From positions 8,893 through 72,892 of the forward strand of contig JAZTXE010000084.1 in NCBI GenBank assembly GCA_045636205.1: 64,000 bases of DNA. Direction: 5' to 3'. The stretch is from Eubacteriales bacterium (GTDB lineage: Bacteria > Bacillota > Clostridia > Oscillospirales > JAAYXM01). How positions within the stretch are numbered: position 1 is the stretch's first letter; each line of letters starts with the position of its first letter. Below, in pieces: positions 40,099 to 51,365 of this stretch. The position numbers and the translations under genes are program-made. The notes beneath the pieces are model-generated. The model saw only the letters and a program-made list of their open reading frames with translations. It was not told where the DNA came from and did not search any database.

Positions 40099-42003
40099 TT
40101 ATTCAGCTTCATTTTGGATTTCGGTTTCGGCAGCCTCTGCTTTTTTCAGTGAAACGCTATCCTTCGGAACCTCTTCACCAAACAGGGCATAAAACTCCTC
40201 GGCATCCATAACTTCATTCTTAAGAAGATATTCAGCCACCGCATGGAGCTTATCCATATGCTCGGTCAAAATCTTAGTACAGCTATTATATGCACCGTCA
40301 ATTATTTTTTTAACTTCTTCATCAATTAACGCTGCAACACTTTCCGAAAAATTGCGCTTTGACGCAAAATCGCGCCCTAAGAAAACTTCGTCATGCTCAG
40401 ACGCAAAATTTATCGGACCGAGCTTATCGCTCATTCCGTATTTAGTCACCATATCACGCGCAATGTTAGAGGCACGCTGAATGTCATTTGAAGCACCCGT
40501 TGAAATATCATCAAGCACAAGCTTCTCAGCAACTCTGCCTCCGAGCAAAGATACAATATTTTCCATCATCGCCGTGCGCGAAACCGTATAAGTATCCTCA
40601 CGCGGCAGCGAAATCGTCATGCCTCCTGTTCTTCCGCGCGGGACAATTGTTATCTGATGAACAGGGTCTTGCGTTTCTAAAAACTTCATTGCAATCGCAT
40701 GACCTGCTTCATGATACGCAGTCAAGCGGTTATCCTTTTCCGAACGAACACGCGCTTTTTTCTCAGGACCTGCAATAACTTTTATCATTGATTCTTCTAT
40801 ATCGGACATACCGATTACACGGCTGTTTTTACGCGCTGCAAGAAGTGCAGCTTCATTGAGAAGATTCTCCAAATCAGCAGGTGTAAAACCGCTTGTCGAT
40901 TTTGCAACTACTGACAAATCAACATCCTGCGCAAGCATTTTTGTTTTAGCATGAATATATAAAACCGCTTCTCTTCCCTTGACATCCGGCAATCCAACAT
41001 ACACCTGACGGTCGAAACGCCCGGGGCGCATGAGAGCCGGGTCAAGAATATCCGGTCTGTTTGTCGCCGCAATAATTATTACGCCTTCGTTATTGCCAAA
41101 GCCGTCCATCTCAACCAAAAGCTGGTTTAGAGTTTGCTCACGCTCATCATGTCCGCCGCCATAGCCTGCACCACGGTGACGACCTACCGCATCAATCTCG
41201 TCAATAAATATAATCGCCGGAGCAGCCTTCTTAGCCTGTTCAAACAAATCGCGAACACGCGACGCACCTACACCTACATACAGCTCGACAAAGTCGGAAC
41301 CGGAAATAGACAAAAACGGAACACCTGCTTCACCAGCTACCGCCTTTGCTATATACGTTTTACCCGTACCCGGAGGGCCAACGAGCAAAACACCTTTAGG
41401 TATGCGCGCACCTATATCCGTAAACTTTTTGGGATTTTTCAAAAACTCAACAATTTCAGCAAGTTCGGCCTTTTCTTCATCAGCACCTGCAACATCGGCA
41501 AAAGTAACCTTTTTCTTCTCATCAGCACCGAGTTTTGTACGAGCTTTTCCAAAACGCATGGTTCTGTTGGCTCCGCCTTCTGCCTTATTGTACATAAAGT
41601 ACCACATAAGAGCAATAAAACCTATAACAATAAGATACGGAAGAAGCATCATCCACCACGGTGTTCCTTGCTCAGGCTTGCGGTCATCAACTTCTATGAT
41701 ACCTTGGCTACGCTGCTCTTTGAGCAGTTCACCCAAATCCATGCGGAAGTCTGCCCTAATCTGAGGGTCGCTCAAATCAAATAGCTTTTTAGTGCCATCT
41801 CTGAGCGTCATACTTAGTATTCCGCCATCTATAACATAGCTTTGAACCTTTTCCTGCTCGAAATCACGCACAATATCCGAATAGGTAGGTTCAGGTGGCT
41901 GTTCACTCTCCCAAAGCATTGTTGCCATTGTAACCAAGACTGCTATCGCAGCAATGAACAACAACAAATCACGTGTAGCTTTTTTCTTCAAAAAGCACCA
42001 CAT
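40099..42003 (-). CDS. ftsH: ATP-dependent zinc metalloprotease FtsH
   Basis: 634 aa. AAA+ Walker A GPPGTGKT, the second region of homology, and the zinc site HEAGHAI. Confidence 0.95.
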   Translation of the reverse strand: MWCFLKKKATRDLLLFIAAIAVLVTMATMLWESEQPPEPTYSDIVRDFEQEKVQSYVIDGGILSMTLRDGTKKLFDLSDPQIRADFRMDLGELLKEQRSQGIIEVDDRKPEQGTPWWMMLLPYLIVIGFIALMWYFMYNKAEGGANRTMRFGKARTKLGADEKKKVTFADVAGADEEKAELAEIVEFLKNPKKFTDIGARIPKGVLLVGPPGTGKTYIAKAVAGEAGVPFLSISGSDFVELYVGVGASRVRDLFEQAKKAAPAIIFIDEIDAVGRHRGAGYGGGHDEREQTLNQLLVEMDGFGNNEGVIIIAATNRPDILDPALMRPGRFDRQVYVGLPDVKGREAVLYIHAKTKMLAQDVDLSVVAKSTSGFTPADLENLLNEAALLAARKNSRVIGMSDIEESMIKVIAGPEKKARVRSEKDNRLTAYHEAGHAIAMKFLETQDPVHQITIVPRGRTGGMTISLPREDTYTVSRTAMMENIVSLLGGRVAEKLVLDDISTGASNDIQRASNIARDMVTKYGMSDKLGPINFASEHDEVFLGRDFASKRNFSESVAALIDEEVKKIIDGAYNSCTKILTEHMDKLHAVAEYLLKNEVMDAEEFYALFGEEVPKDSVSLKKAEAAETEIQNEAE

Positions 42004-42022
42004 CCTTTCATTGATATATTAA

Positions 42023-42556
42023 TTATTGATATATTTCAGGTTTAAGTACACCTACGTATGGTAAATCACGGTATTTTTCCGCAAAGTCAAGACCGTAACC
42101 GACGAGGAATTCGTTTGGCACGATAAATCCCGAATAATCCGCCTCTATTGGTGTTTCACGTCTTGACTGCTTATCAAACAATGCACACATTTTAAGTGAT
42201 GCCGGATTTCGTCCAGTGAGCATCTCCATAAGTGCACTGAGCGTATTGCCTGTATCCAAAATATCTTCAACAACTATGACATGGCGGCCCGAAATATCTT
42301 CATCTATATCCTTTTTGATTTTAAGGCATCCGGATGTAGATGAATTGCCGTAGCTTGAAACCTGAATAAACTCAACCTGAACCGGCATCTTAATCGCGCG
42401 CACCAAATCCGCAGTGAAAATAAAAGAGCCTTTTAATACACATAATATAAGCGGATTTTTGCCTTCGTATTCACACTCAATACGCGCAGCAAGTTCTTTT
42501 ACTTTTTCTTCGATTTGCTCTTTGGAATACAAAATTTTTTCTACATCAGGATTCAT
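42023..42556 (-). CDS. hpt: hypoxanthine phosphoribosyltransferase
   Basis: 177 aa with the PRPP-binding motif VIVVEDILDTGNTL. Conserved tilS-hpt-ftsH order. Confidence 0.92.
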   Translation of the reverse strand: MNPDVEKILYSKEQIEEKVKELAARIECEYEGKNPLILCVLKGSFIFTADLVRAIKMPVQVEFIQVSSYGNSSTSGCLKIKKDIDEDISGRHVIVVEDILDTGNTLSALMEMLTGRNPASLKMCALFDKQSRRETPIEADYSGFIVPNEFLVGYGLDFAEKYRDLPYVGVLKPEIYQ

Positions 42557-42557
42557 A

Positions 42558-43916
42558 TCATATTCTCCTTATTTCAACCCACAATATTTTTTCTTTATCA
42601 GAAGCGGATATTCTCTCATCCGCACCGATTCCGTAAACCGCGACTACTTTTCCGTCTGCAACAACGACCGGAATATCATCTCTTTCATCCTTAGGTATTT
42701 TCATATCTATAAAAAATTTTTTAAGTGTCTTTTCCGGGCGACCTCTGAGTTTTATACTGTCCCCCGACATGCGCGGGCGAATTATGACTTGGTTGTTTAT
42801 TTCTCTTAGCGGTATCGCAAAGTCTGCTTTTCCGAGTTTGCAACAATCCGAATAATTTCTGTATGAGCAGGAAATTTCATATCCTCCGTTTCTTATAACC
42901 TGACCCGGTATAAGCTCAACAGATTCAAGCTTTGCAAAATTATCTTCCGAAGAAAACATTAAATTTTCATATTGCCTTGAAACAACAAGCCCATCCGGCA
43001 TATGTAGCTTTGCCGAAGGCCTTCTTGAGTGCACGAGACCTATTATATCGCAAATGTGATTAAATTCCAAGTAATAATTTGTAAATTTAACAGCATGTCT
43101 TGCAAGCTGCAAAATAACTCTTCTCAAAAGCGCAGGATGAAGTGCTTTTAATAACTCAACCGAAACGGAGACATTCCCTTTTTCACTTGCATATTCATCG
43201 ACTATCCTCTGAGCCTCGGATGCTATGTACTCCTCGTCCTCTCTGAGCATCATGGAGTTATTTGCAACATTTTCGGATGCCTTCGGATTGATTTCATGCA
43301 AAACAGGAAGAACATCCCACCTGACACGGTTTCTGGTATATATCCTCTCGGCATTCGTTGAGTCATCAACATATTCCTGATTTAAATCACAAAGATATTC
43401 TTTTATCCGCTTGCGCGTGCAACCTATTAGAGGTCGTATTATATTACCGCGAACCGGCGGTATACCACCAAGTCCATTGAGCGATGAACCGCGCGCTAAA
43501 TGCATCAAAACCGTTTCAAGGTTATCCTCTGCATTATGCGCCGTGGCAATCTTATTGCCACCGAACGCTTTTAAAACATTATCAAAAAAAGCATATCGTG
43601 CATTGCGCGCCGCGAGTTCAACAGATTCTCCGCTTACCTCGGCAAGCATTGCAATATCTTTTTCCTCGTAAAAAACCTCAACTCCAAGCCCATCGCAGAG
43701 TTCACGCACAAACCGTGCATCACGCTGCGCCTCATCACCGCGTAACATGTGATTTAAATGAGCTGCGCAAACCGTAAATTCAATTTCATCTTTAAGCCCT
43801 AACAGAACTCTGAGCATGGCAACTGAGTCAGCACCGCCGGAAACACCGCATACTATCCGGTCTCCTTGGCTGACCATACCATATTTCTTTATGGTTTCCT
43901 GCACAAATTCTTTCAC
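42558..43916 (-). CDS. tilS: tRNA(Ile)-lysidine synthase
   Basis: N-terminal PP-loop VSGGADS and a C-terminal TilS substrate-binding domain. Confidence 0.9.
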   Translation of the reverse strand: MKEFVQETIKKYGMVSQGDRIVCGVSGGADSVAMLRVLLGLKDEIEFTVCAAHLNHMLRGDEAQRDARFVRELCDGLGVEVFYEEKDIAMLAEVSGESVELAARNARYAFFDNVLKAFGGNKIATAHNAEDNLETVLMHLARGSSLNGLGGIPPVRGNIIRPLIGCTRKRIKEYLCDLNQEYVDDSTNAERIYTRNRVRWDVLPVLHEINPKASENVANNSMMLREDEEYIASEAQRIVDEYASEKGNVSVSVELLKALHPALLRRVILQLARHAVKFTNYYLEFNHICDIIGLVHSRRPSAKLHMPDGLVVSRQYENLMFSSEDNFAKLESVELIPGQVIRNGGYEISCSYRNYSDCCKLGKADFAIPLREINNQVIIRPRMSGDSIKLRGRPEKTLKKFFIDMKIPKDERDDIPVVVADGKVVAVYGIGADERISASDKEKILWVEIRRI

Positions 43917-43939
43917 GCCTATCTTCTCATCTCTCTACA

Positions 43940-45277
43940 TCAATGTATATTGTCAATACTCGTAAACTTTGTATGGCTTCCGTCAAAGTGCAACTTAACC
44001 GTACCTACTTCACCCTGACGGTTTTTCTCAATAATAAACTCGGTCTCACCCGGACTTGAGCTCTCTTCTTTACTGTAATAATCTTCACGGTAAATGAAGA
44101 TAACTACGTCAGCATCCTGTTCTATAGCTCCCGAATCACGTAAGTCAGAAAGGCGCGGGCGTTTATTATCCCCGCGCTGCTCCGGCGCACGCGAAAGCTG
44201 AGACAAGCACAAAATCGGAACGTTGAGTTCTTTTGCCATTATCTTAAGTGAACGCGATATATCCGAAACCTCCTGCTGTCTGTTCTCGGAACGCCGCCCG
44301 GATTGCATGAGCTGCAGATAATCTATAATTACAAGCCCAAGCTCATCACCTATTCGTCTGCACTTCGCCTTCATCTCCGCAACAGTAATACCCGATGTGT
44401 CGTCCAAATAAATTTTAGTCTTTGAAAGCTCGGTTGATGCGTGGGCAATCGACATCCATTCCTGCTCGTTGAGTACCCCTGTTCTAAGTTTTTTAGAATC
44501 AACCAACGATTCACTTGAAACAAGTCTCAGTGCCAACTGCTCGTTTGACATTTCCAGTGAGAACACAGCAACAGCTTTATTTGAAAGCTTTGCCGCATTA
44601 ACACCTATATTTAGCGCAATAGTGGTCTTTCCTACACCCGGACGCGCCGCAAGCAAAACCAAATCAGAATTGTTAAGTCCTGACAAGAACGTATCCATTG
44701 CAGGAAATCCCGTCGGAACACCCGGAACCTTACCGCAATTTTTTGCAAGCTCACTTAAGTTGTCATATACATCCCTGAGAACCGAACGTATAGGAACAAG
44801 ACCTTTATGCTCCTTTTGATTTCGGACGGAATACACCTTCTGCTCAGCAAGCTCGATAATCTCTTCCGCTTCACCATCGCCGTTAGATGCAAGCTCGCCT
44901 ATCTCTCCGGATATTTCGCTCAGCGCGCGCAACAGCGCCTTATCCTTAACTATTTTGGCATACAGCATTACATTTGCCGCAGTCGGTGTGATATCCATAA
45001 TCTGCATAAAATACTGCCTGCCGCCTGCAGCATCCTCAAGACCTCGTACAGAAAGCTGATTTAGCACTGTGACCGGGTCAATTGTACTACTCAGGGTGAA
45101 CATGGAATATATAGTTTCAAATATGTAACGGTTCTGCGTCAAATAAAAATCCGCAGGTTTTAAAAGTTCAATAACATCTGGGATACATCTTGGGTCGATA
45201 AGCATCGCCCCGAGCACCGCCTGCTCCGCCTCAACACTGTGCGGCAATTGTTTTCCTATGAGTTCATCCATTTCCAC
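43940..45277 (-). CDS. dnaB: replicative DNA helicase (DnaB family; DnaC in Bacillus nomenclature)
   Basis: 445 aa. LPHSVEAEQAVLGAML N-terminus, Walker A ARPGVGKT and the IIDYLQLM motif. Confidence 0.95.
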   Translation of the reverse strand: MEMDELIGKQLPHSVEAEQAVLGAMLIDPRCIPDVIELLKPADFYLTQNRYIFETIYSMFTLSSTIDPVTVLNQLSVRGLEDAAGGRQYFMQIMDITPTAANVMLYAKIVKDKALLRALSEISGEIGELASNGDGEAEEIIELAEQKVYSVRNQKEHKGLVPIRSVLRDVYDNLSELAKNCGKVPGVPTGFPAMDTFLSGLNNSDLVLLAARPGVGKTTIALNIGVNAAKLSNKAVAVFSLEMSNEQLALRLVSSESLVDSKKLRTGVLNEQEWMSIAHASTELSKTKIYLDDTSGITVAEMKAKCRRIGDELGLVIIDYLQLMQSGRRSENRQQEVSDISRSLKIMAKELNVPILCLSQLSRAPEQRGDNKRPRLSDLRDSGAIEQDADVVIFIYREDYYSKEESSSPGETEFIIEKNRQGEVGTVKLHFDGSHTKFTSIDNIH

Positions 45278-45311
45278 GTTTCACCTGCCATCTAAATAAT
45301 ATCAGTTATCC

Positions 45312-45755
45312 TTATGCCTCTTTTACCGACACATTGATTATTCCGCTAACTTCATTATAGAGCTTTACTTTAAGCTTATATCCACCAAACTGCTTTATAG
45401 TTTCCATGACAATTTTGTGTCTGTCAACCTCAATACCGAATTGCTTGTTAAGCGCATCCGCAACTTCAGCCGCGGTTACGGAGCCAAAAAGTCGCCCGCC
45501 GTTTCCGGCTTTCGCGGTTACAACAACCGTGCACTCCTCAAGCTTTTTAGCCACCTGACGCGCTTCTTCCTTCTCGCGTGCGATACGCGCAAGCTCTGCC
45601 TGTTCTTTTAGTTTAGCCGCATTTAAATTATCAGCGCTGGCTTCAACCGCTAATTTTTTAGGAAAAAGGAAATTTCTCGCATATCCGTCAGACACATTTA
45701 TAATCTGCCCCTTTTTTCCCTGTCCTTTAACATCTGCCTGTAAAATTACTTTCAT
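45312..45755 (-). CDS. rplI: 50S ribosomal protein L9
   Basis: Begins [36 protein letters not shown]. The ATG at 45755 matches the canonical L9 N-terminus. Confidence 0.93.
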   Translation of the reverse strand: MKVILQADVKGQGKKGQIINVSDGYARNFLFPKKLAVEASADNLNAAKLKEQAELARIAREKEEARQVAKKLEECTVVVTAKAGNGGRLFGSVTAAEVADALNKQFGIEVDRHKIVMETIKQFGGYKLKVKLYNEVSGIINVSVKEA

Positions 45756-45771
45756 CAGTTTTTCCTCCTGT

Positions 45772-47754
45772 TTATTCCTCGTCGACAACCTCATGGATTG
45801 CCTGAATTAGTTTTTCGTATACTTCATCTACCGTGGTATCTTTTATCTGTGCCCCCGCAGTAGCCAGGTGACCTCCGCCACCTAATTTTTCCAGAATAAT
45901 CTGAACATTGATATTCCCGAGTGAGCGTGCAGAAATACATACCAAATCCTTAGCCTTGTATATGACAAATGATGCCTGAACCTTTGTTATATTCAAAAGC
46001 TCATCAGCCGCTTGTGCCGCGGTGATTCTGTCACTCTCGCCGTTATATGCTGCAATTGCAATATTTTCGTTATGCATTTGCGCCATTTTAACTATGTCTG
46101 CACGGTTTACGTATGATGTCAAATCATTTTGGAAAAGCCTTTTTATTTCAACCGTATCCGCACCTGCTCGCCTTAAAAATGCCGCAGCTTCAAATGTGCG
46201 CACACCGGTTTTCATAGTGAAATTCTTTGTGTCAAGAACTATTCCCGCAAGCAGCGCTTCAGCCTCGCATTTTAAGACATCCGGCGTTTCAACCAAATAC
46301 TGCAAAAGCTCACTGACCAGCTCGCATGTAGAAGAAGCATACGGTTCATGGAAATTTAAAACCGCATTTTCTATATATTCCGCCGCACGTCTGTGATGGT
46401 CAATAACCGCAACTTTATTTACAGACTCAAGCAATGACGGTGACTCTACATACTGCGGTCGATTTGTATCGACAACTATCAGCAACGTATTTCTATCCGC
46501 ATCAAGCATAGCATCCTCAGCAGATACAAACACATTTTCATAAACCGCTTCTGCCTTAATTTTTTTATACAGAGAATCAGCAGTATTGTCCTGCTTATTA
46601 AGAACAATATTCCCCTGTTTTCCGTATTTGCGCACGATGCTCATAAGCCCTACAGCGGCTCCAACGCTATCATTATCGGAGTTCTTATGACCCATAATAA
46701 CCACGCTTGATGCATCCTTTATAAGCTCTGCAAGAGAATTCGCCATAACGCGCGATTTAACCTTTGTTCTCTTTTCAAGCTCTTTTGAATGACCGCCGAA
46801 AAACTCAAAATTAAACTTATTTCTTACAACCGTCTGGTCACCCCCTCGGGAGAGGGACATGTCAATGGCAAGTTGAGCGAATTTATAACTCTCATCAAAA
46901 TCTTTTCCGTCCTTGCCTATTCCCAAACTCATCGTGGCACGCAGACCGTTGCTGCTTTCCACCTCACGAACCGCTTCCAAAAGCGAAAACTTGCCGTCGC
47001 GAAATTTGCTCAGATACTGTTCCTCAAAAATGAATATATAACGGTCACGCTCCAACTTAAAAAGGATACCATGGCACGGTTCTGTCCATCTTCGGATTTT
47101 AGAATCAATCTCCGCCAGAATAGTTGAACGGCGCGACTCGTCAACGCCTTTCATAAGCTCTTCGTAATTGTCAATAACCAAAAGAGAAACAATCTGGCGG
47201 GTGCGTTGGAACTCTTCAAGCAGCCTAACATGATCAGTTACTTCTACCCAATACAAAGTTATAAGTATACCTGCTGCATCGCCTGAGCGCACCATGTTGC
47301 CGAACACGTTATAGTATCTGTCCCCTATCTTCTGCTCTGTAGGACACATACTTTTCCCTTCTATCGCCCAGTGAATATCAAAATCAGGCATGACATCGCG
47401 CATATGAGTTTCAAAAACACGCTCTTGCTTGTCCGTCATCGCCATAAACTGATTATTGTACCATATAATCTCGTTTGTATCCAACTTAAGTATCGCCATA
47501 GGCATCGGAAAGTTAATCATGGAATCGGTTGTCGCAACGTCGACATCGTACATCATACTTTCGACATACTGCAAAACCTCGCGGTTTCTCTTGTACGTTG
47601 CGCGCCGGAATTGCAGATAAACCAACAGAATAAGAATAAACTCCACTCCGGCTACAATCGGCTGAAAGAAAAGGGATATAACAGCAAATATTATTAAGCT
47701 TGCAAAACACAGCCTGAATCTCGGCTCAAGCATACGCGCCAAACGTTTATTCAT
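45772..47754 (-). CDS. gdpP: cyclic-di-AMP phosphodiesterase GdpP (YybT)
   Basis: Two N-terminal TM segments, a PAS-like region, a degenerate GGDEF domain, and DHH (VIDHHRR)/DHHA1 (GGGH) domains. Conserved gdpP-rplI-dnaB order. Confidence 0.88.
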   Translation of the reverse strand: MNKRLARMLEPRFRLCFASLIIFAVISLFFQPIVAGVEFILILLVYLQFRRATYKRNREVLQYVESMMYDVDVATTDSMINFPMPMAILKLDTNEIIWYNNQFMAMTDKQERVFETHMRDVMPDFDIHWAIEGKSMCPTEQKIGDRYYNVFGNMVRSGDAAGILITLYWVEVTDHVRLLEEFQRTRQIVSLLVIDNYEELMKGVDESRRSTILAEIDSKIRRWTEPCHGILFKLERDRYIFIFEEQYLSKFRDGKFSLLEAVREVESSNGLRATMSLGIGKDGKDFDESYKFAQLAIDMSLSRGGDQTVVRNKFNFEFFGGHSKELEKRTKVKSRVMANSLAELIKDASSVVIMGHKNSDNDSVGAAVGLMSIVRKYGKQGNIVLNKQDNTADSLYKKIKAEAVYENVFVSAEDAMLDADRNTLLIVVDTNRPQYVESPSLLESVNKVAVIDHHRRAAEYIENAVLNFHEPYASSTCELVSELLQYLVETPDVLKCEAEALLAGIVLDTKNFTMKTGVRTFEAAAFLRRAGADTVEIKRLFQNDLTSYVNRADIVKMAQMHNENIAIAAYNGESDRITAAQAADELLNITKVQASFVIYKAKDLVCISARSLGNINVQIILEKLGGGGHLATAGAQIKDTTVDEVYEKLIQAIHEVVDEE

Positions 47755-47977
47755 ATTCCTCACCCTTTCACACACCGATAATCAAATTTCGATATAGATA
47801 CAAATTATTATATCAAACTAACAAGCAATTTACAACAATTATATTTTCAGTTTTACCCATAAAAAGAAAAGATTATATATAAATCATCTCTATGCCAGTC
47901 CGTGAGTTTTATCAGACATGCAATAAATACCCATTCATGCGTAGAATATAATAATCTGCTTTCGGAGGTGTGTAAAC

Positions 47978-48679
47978 GTGTTTGGCTTGTCAGCTCTGAC
48001 GTTTGCTCTCGTTAATGGAATGTACTTTATTTTACGTATTTCTTCAGGTTCTTTCCCGCGACCGTTATCTGCAAAAGAAGAGCGAGAATATTTGGATAGA
48101 TTTTCAAAAGGAGATATTGATGCACGAAATACACTCATAGAACACAATTTACGACTTGTAGCACACGTTATAAAAAAATATTATACCTCTACCCAAGAAC
48201 AAGATGATTTGATTTCCATAGGAACAATCGGTCTGATAAAAGGCATAAACACGTTTAAGGCGGCTAAAGGAACACGACTTGCGACATATGCCGCGCGCTG
48301 TATTGAAAATGAAATTCTGATGCATTTTCGTGCTGCACGCAGATTGGCAACCGAGGTATCTCTTTCGGATTCCATTGATACTGACAAAGAAGGAAATTCT
48401 CTTGCGCTTATGGATGTTATAAGTTCAGACGATAATTTACTTGACAGAGTAGAAAACTTAGACTCGGAAGAAAAAATACACAAGCTCGTTTCTCTGTGTC
48501 TGGATGAACGTGAAAGAAAAATTATAGCTATGCGATACGGAATGTATGACTTGCAACCAATGACGCAGCGCGAAGTCGCAGAAAAATGCGGTATATCCAG
48601 AAGCTATGTTTCACGCATTGAGAAAAGAGCCTTGGAAAAGCTCAGATATGAGTTTGAAAAAAAACAATCTCAATCTTAA
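47978..48679 (+). CDS. sigK: RNA polymerase sporulation sigma factor SigK (pro-sigma-K), uninterrupted
   Basis: Contains FPRPLSAKEEREYL..GD..ARNTLIEHNLRLVAHVIKKY...DLISIGTIGLIKGI...KGTRLATYAARCIENEILMH and a C-terminal region 4 (ISRSYVSRIEKRAL). GTG start follows a GGAGGTG RBS. The full-length 233 aa includes a hydrophobic pro-sequence. Confidence 0.88.
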   Translation: MFGLSALTFALVNGMYFILRISSGSFPRPLSAKEEREYLDRFSKGDIDARNTLIEHNLRLVAHVIKKYYTSTQEQDDLISIGTIGLIKGINTFKAAKGTRLATYAARCIENEILMHFRAARRLATEVSLSDSIDTDKEGNSLALMDVISSDDNLLDRVENLDSEEKIHKLVSLCLDERERKIIAMRYGMYDLQPMTQREVAEKCGISRSYVSRIEKRALEKLRYEFEKKQSQS

Positions 48680-48731
48680 TTAAAGCAAATCATCTTAAAT
48701 AAAACAAAAAGTTTTTCTCTATCTGATTATC

Positions 48732-48763
48732 AAAAAGCGGTGAGGTCTCCCTCACCGTTTTTT
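48732..48763. terminator. bidirectional terminator between sigK and galE
   Basis: Stem CGGTGAGG / CCTCACCG with loop TCTC, flanked by AAAAA and TTTTT. Confidence 0.85.
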
Positions 48764-48770
48764 ATGTTTT

Positions 48771-49772
48771 TTATCCTTGTTTTGTCATGAAGTTCCAACT
48801 GTCGCGGCACATGTCCGAAATATCGTATTTAGCTTTCCAGTTAAGAAGTTTTTGCGCCTTCTCGGTATCCGCATAACACGATGCAATATCTCCCGGGCGT
48901 CTGTCAACAATCTTTCTGGCAATTTCTTTTCCGCATGCCTTTTCATATGCACTCAGAACATCCAGAACGCTCGAACCTTTTCCGGTACCCAGGTTTATCG
49001 CCTCAGCTCCTGCGTTTTCAAAAGCGTATTCAAGTGCTCGCAAATGCCCCTGCGCCAAATCAACAACATGTATGTAATCACGCACTCCGGTTCCGTCATG
49101 TGTGTCATAATCTCCGCCAAAAACGTTCAAGTGCGGAAGCTTACCCACCGCTACACGTGCTACATACGGCACCAGATTATTAGGAATACCCGCCGGATTC
49201 TCACCTATAAGTCCGCTCTGATGGGCACCTATGGGATTGAAGTAACGGAGAAGAACAACACTCCACTCACCGTCTGAATTGCATATATCAGTAAACATCT
49301 GTTCCTGCATAAGCTTTGTATAACCGTAAGGATTTGTAGCCGAAAGAGATGCATCCTCACGGAACGGTACGGTATTGTGCATTCCATAAACCGTCGCCGA
49401 TGAAGAAAAGACTAGTTTTTTACATCCGTCTTCGCGCATTACGCGGCAAAGATTGAGGGTGCCTACAATGTTGTTGTGATAATACTCTATAGGCTTTTCG
49501 ACTGATTCTCCAACCGCCTTGAGTCCTGCAAAATGAATTACCGCATCAATCTTATTTTCATCAAAAATCTTTTTAACAGCCGCTTCATTGAGCAGGTCAT
49601 CCTGATAAAACTTAGGTTTTACACCGGTTATTTCCTCGATTTTATCCAAAACACCAATCTCAGAATTTGACAAATTATCTATTATTATTACGTTATATTT
49701 ATTCTCAATAAGCTCTACGCAAGTATGGCTTCCTATAAACCCCGTACCGCCTGTAACCAAAATATTCTTCAT
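48771..49772 (-). CDS. galE: UDP-glucose 4-epimerase
   Basis: 333 aa with N-terminal VTGGTGFIGSH and the YxxxK catalytic motif (YGYTKLM). Confidence 0.92.
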   Translation of the reverse strand: MKNILVTGGTGFIGSHTCVELIENKYNVIIIDNLSNSEIGVLDKIEEITGVKPKFYQDDLLNEAAVKKIFDENKIDAVIHFAGLKAVGESVEKPIEYYHNNIVGTLNLCRVMREDGCKKLVFSSSATVYGMHNTVPFREDASLSATNPYGYTKLMQEQMFTDICNSDGEWSVVLLRYFNPIGAHQSGLIGENPAGIPNNLVPYVARVAVGKLPHLNVFGGDYDTHDGTGVRDYIHVVDLAQGHLRALEYAFENAGAEAINLGTGKGSSVLDVLSAYEKACGKEIARKIVDRRPGDIASCYADTEKAQKLLNWKAKYDISDMCRDSWNFMTKQG

Positions 49773-49850
49773 GTCTTAACCTCCAAAAATTCCTTTTCGA
49801 TTATTATATCCAATTGCATATTCATTGTCAATTCAAGGTAAAGATAAATA

Positions 49851-49879
49851 TTGACTAATTATTAATAATACATTATACT
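49851..49879 (+). promoter_or_regulatory. sigma-A type promoter of the amino-acid ABC operon
   Basis: TTGACT (49851-49856), a 17-nt spacer, then TATACT (49874-49879). Confidence 0.6.
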
Positions 49880-49903
49880 TAGTTATACATTTTATATAAC
49901 TAA
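49879..49903. promoter_or_regulatory. operator-like inverted repeat overlapping the predicted transcription start
   Basis: TTAGTTATA, 7 nt, TATAACTAA. The 9-bp arms are perfect and the repeat directly abuts the -10 element. Confidence 0.4.
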
Positions 49904-49921
49904 TGAACAGGAGCTGACAGC

Positions 49922-50596
49922 TTGGATATTTTATGGAGCAGCATATATCAGAACCTTATAAAAGGCTCTCGTTATCTGTATTATTTAAGTGGTTTAAAGA
50001 CCACCATTCTTTTATCTCTTGCCGCAATCGCCTTCGGTATTCTTTTAGGCTTTGTGGCAACATTTCTGCGCAGGTCGCGTTTTAAACTCTTCCGCGCTAT
50101 CGGTTACATATATGTTGATGTTATACGCGGTACACCGTCAGTGGTCCAGCTTACACTCATTTACTTTGTAGTGTTCGCATCGGTCAATATAGATAAGTTC
50201 ATAATCGCACTCATCGCATTCGGCTTAAACAGCGGTGCTTATATTTCGGAAATCTTCCGCGCAGGTCTTGAGTCTATCGACAAAGGTCAGACAGAAGCCG
50301 GTCGTTCTCTGGGACTAAGTTCATCGCAGACAATGATTTTCATCATTCTCCCGCAAGCGGTAAAAAACATATTACCCGCTTTGGTAAATGAGTTTATCAT
50401 GCTCGTAAAGGAAACCGCTATTGTAGGCTTTATCGCCATGGAGGATTTAAACCGCGCAAGCGAAATCGTTCAGAGTATAACTTACGCACCGTTTGCCCCC
50501 CGAATTATAGTTGCAATCGTATATTATATTGTAATCAAACTTTTGACATTAGCCCTCGGTCGTTTCGAGCGTTGGCTTAAAAAGTCCGAACACTAA
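49922..50596 (+). CDS. amino-acid ABC transporter permease (HisM/GlnP type)
   Basis: 224 aa, polar amino-acid permease family, with the EAA-like loop ([22 protein letters not shown]). Confidence 0.88.
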   Translation: MDILWSSIYQNLIKGSRYLYYLSGLKTTILLSLAAIAFGILLGFVATFLRRSRFKLFRAIGYIYVDVIRGTPSVVQLTLIYFVVFASVNIDKFIIALIAFGLNSGAYISEIFRAGLESIDKGQTEAGRSLGLSSSQTMIFIILPQAVKNILPALVNEFIMLVKETAIVGFIAMEDLNRASEIVQSITYAPFAPRIIVAIVYYIVIKLLTLALGRFERWLKKSEH

Positions 50597-50610
50597 AGGA
50601 GGCAAAACAA

Positions 50611-51342
50611 ATGATTGAAGTAACAGGTCTTTGCAAATCCTTTGGTGACCTTCAGGTTCTCAGAGGGATAGATGAGCACATTTATCCGGGTGAAAAAGTA
50701 GTAGTAATCGGTCCGTCAGGCTCAGGAAAAAGCACCTTCCTGCGCTGTCTCAATTTACTTGAGCACCCGACTTCCGGAACCATCCTTGTCGAAGGTGAAA
50801 ACATCACGGATCCTAAAGCAGATGTTGATAAGATACGTCAGAAAATGGGAATGGTATTCCAGCAGTTTAATCTGTTCCCTCACCTATCTGTTATGGAAAA
50901 CATAACATTGGCTCCGGTAAAAACAAAAAAATGCTCTCAGGAAGAAGCCAACGAAAAAGCGTTAGAACTTCTAAAAAAAGTAAACTTATCCGATAAGGCA
51001 GATGCCTTCCCCAACCAACTCTCCGGCGGTCAGAAACAGCGCATTGCAATAGTACGTGCCATGGCAATGTCACCTGATATTATGCTCTTTGATGAGCCTA
51101 CAAGTGCACTTGACCCGGAAATGGTCGGCGAAGTTTTAGAAGTAATGAAGGACTTGGCAGATGGCGGAATGACCATGGTGGTTGTAACCCATGAGATGGC
51201 ATTTGCACGCGAAGTCGCTTCCCGTGTCCTTTTCATGGACCAGGGCATAATCCTTGAACAAGGTCACCCCAACGAATTCTTCGCCAATCCCCAACACGAA
51301 AGAACACGCACTTTCTTAAAGCGCGTTTCTAAAACATTATAA
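50611..51342 (+). CDS. amino-acid ABC transporter ATP-binding protein
   Basis: Walker [13 protein letters not shown] signature LSGGQKQR and Walker [12 protein letters not shown]. Confidence 0.93.
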   Translation: MIEVTGLCKSFGDLQVLRGIDEHIYPGEKVVVIGPSGSGKSTFLRCLNLLEHPTSGTILVEGENITDPKADVDKIRQKMGMVFQQFNLFPHLSVMENITLAPVKTKKCSQEEANEKALELLKKVNLSDKADAFPNQLSGGQKQRIAIVRAMAMSPDIMLFDEPTSALDPEMVGEVLEVMKDLADGGMTMVVVTHEMAFAREVASRVLFMDQGIILEQGHPNEFFANPQHERTRTFLKRVSKTL

Positions 51343-51365
51343 TTTTTTTCAGGAGGTTAAAAACC

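Noticed and set aside
41134-41784. 216-aa ORF antisense to ftsH, plus a 120-aa ORF at 41402-41764
   Set aside because: These are shadow frames within the AAA+ domain of ftsH. They have no RBS and no recognisable motifs.
47776-47977. SigE/SigK-type promoter upstream of sigK
   Set aside because: I could not find a convincing CATAnnnTA or CATACAnT -10 element with a correctly spaced -35. It is left unannotated.
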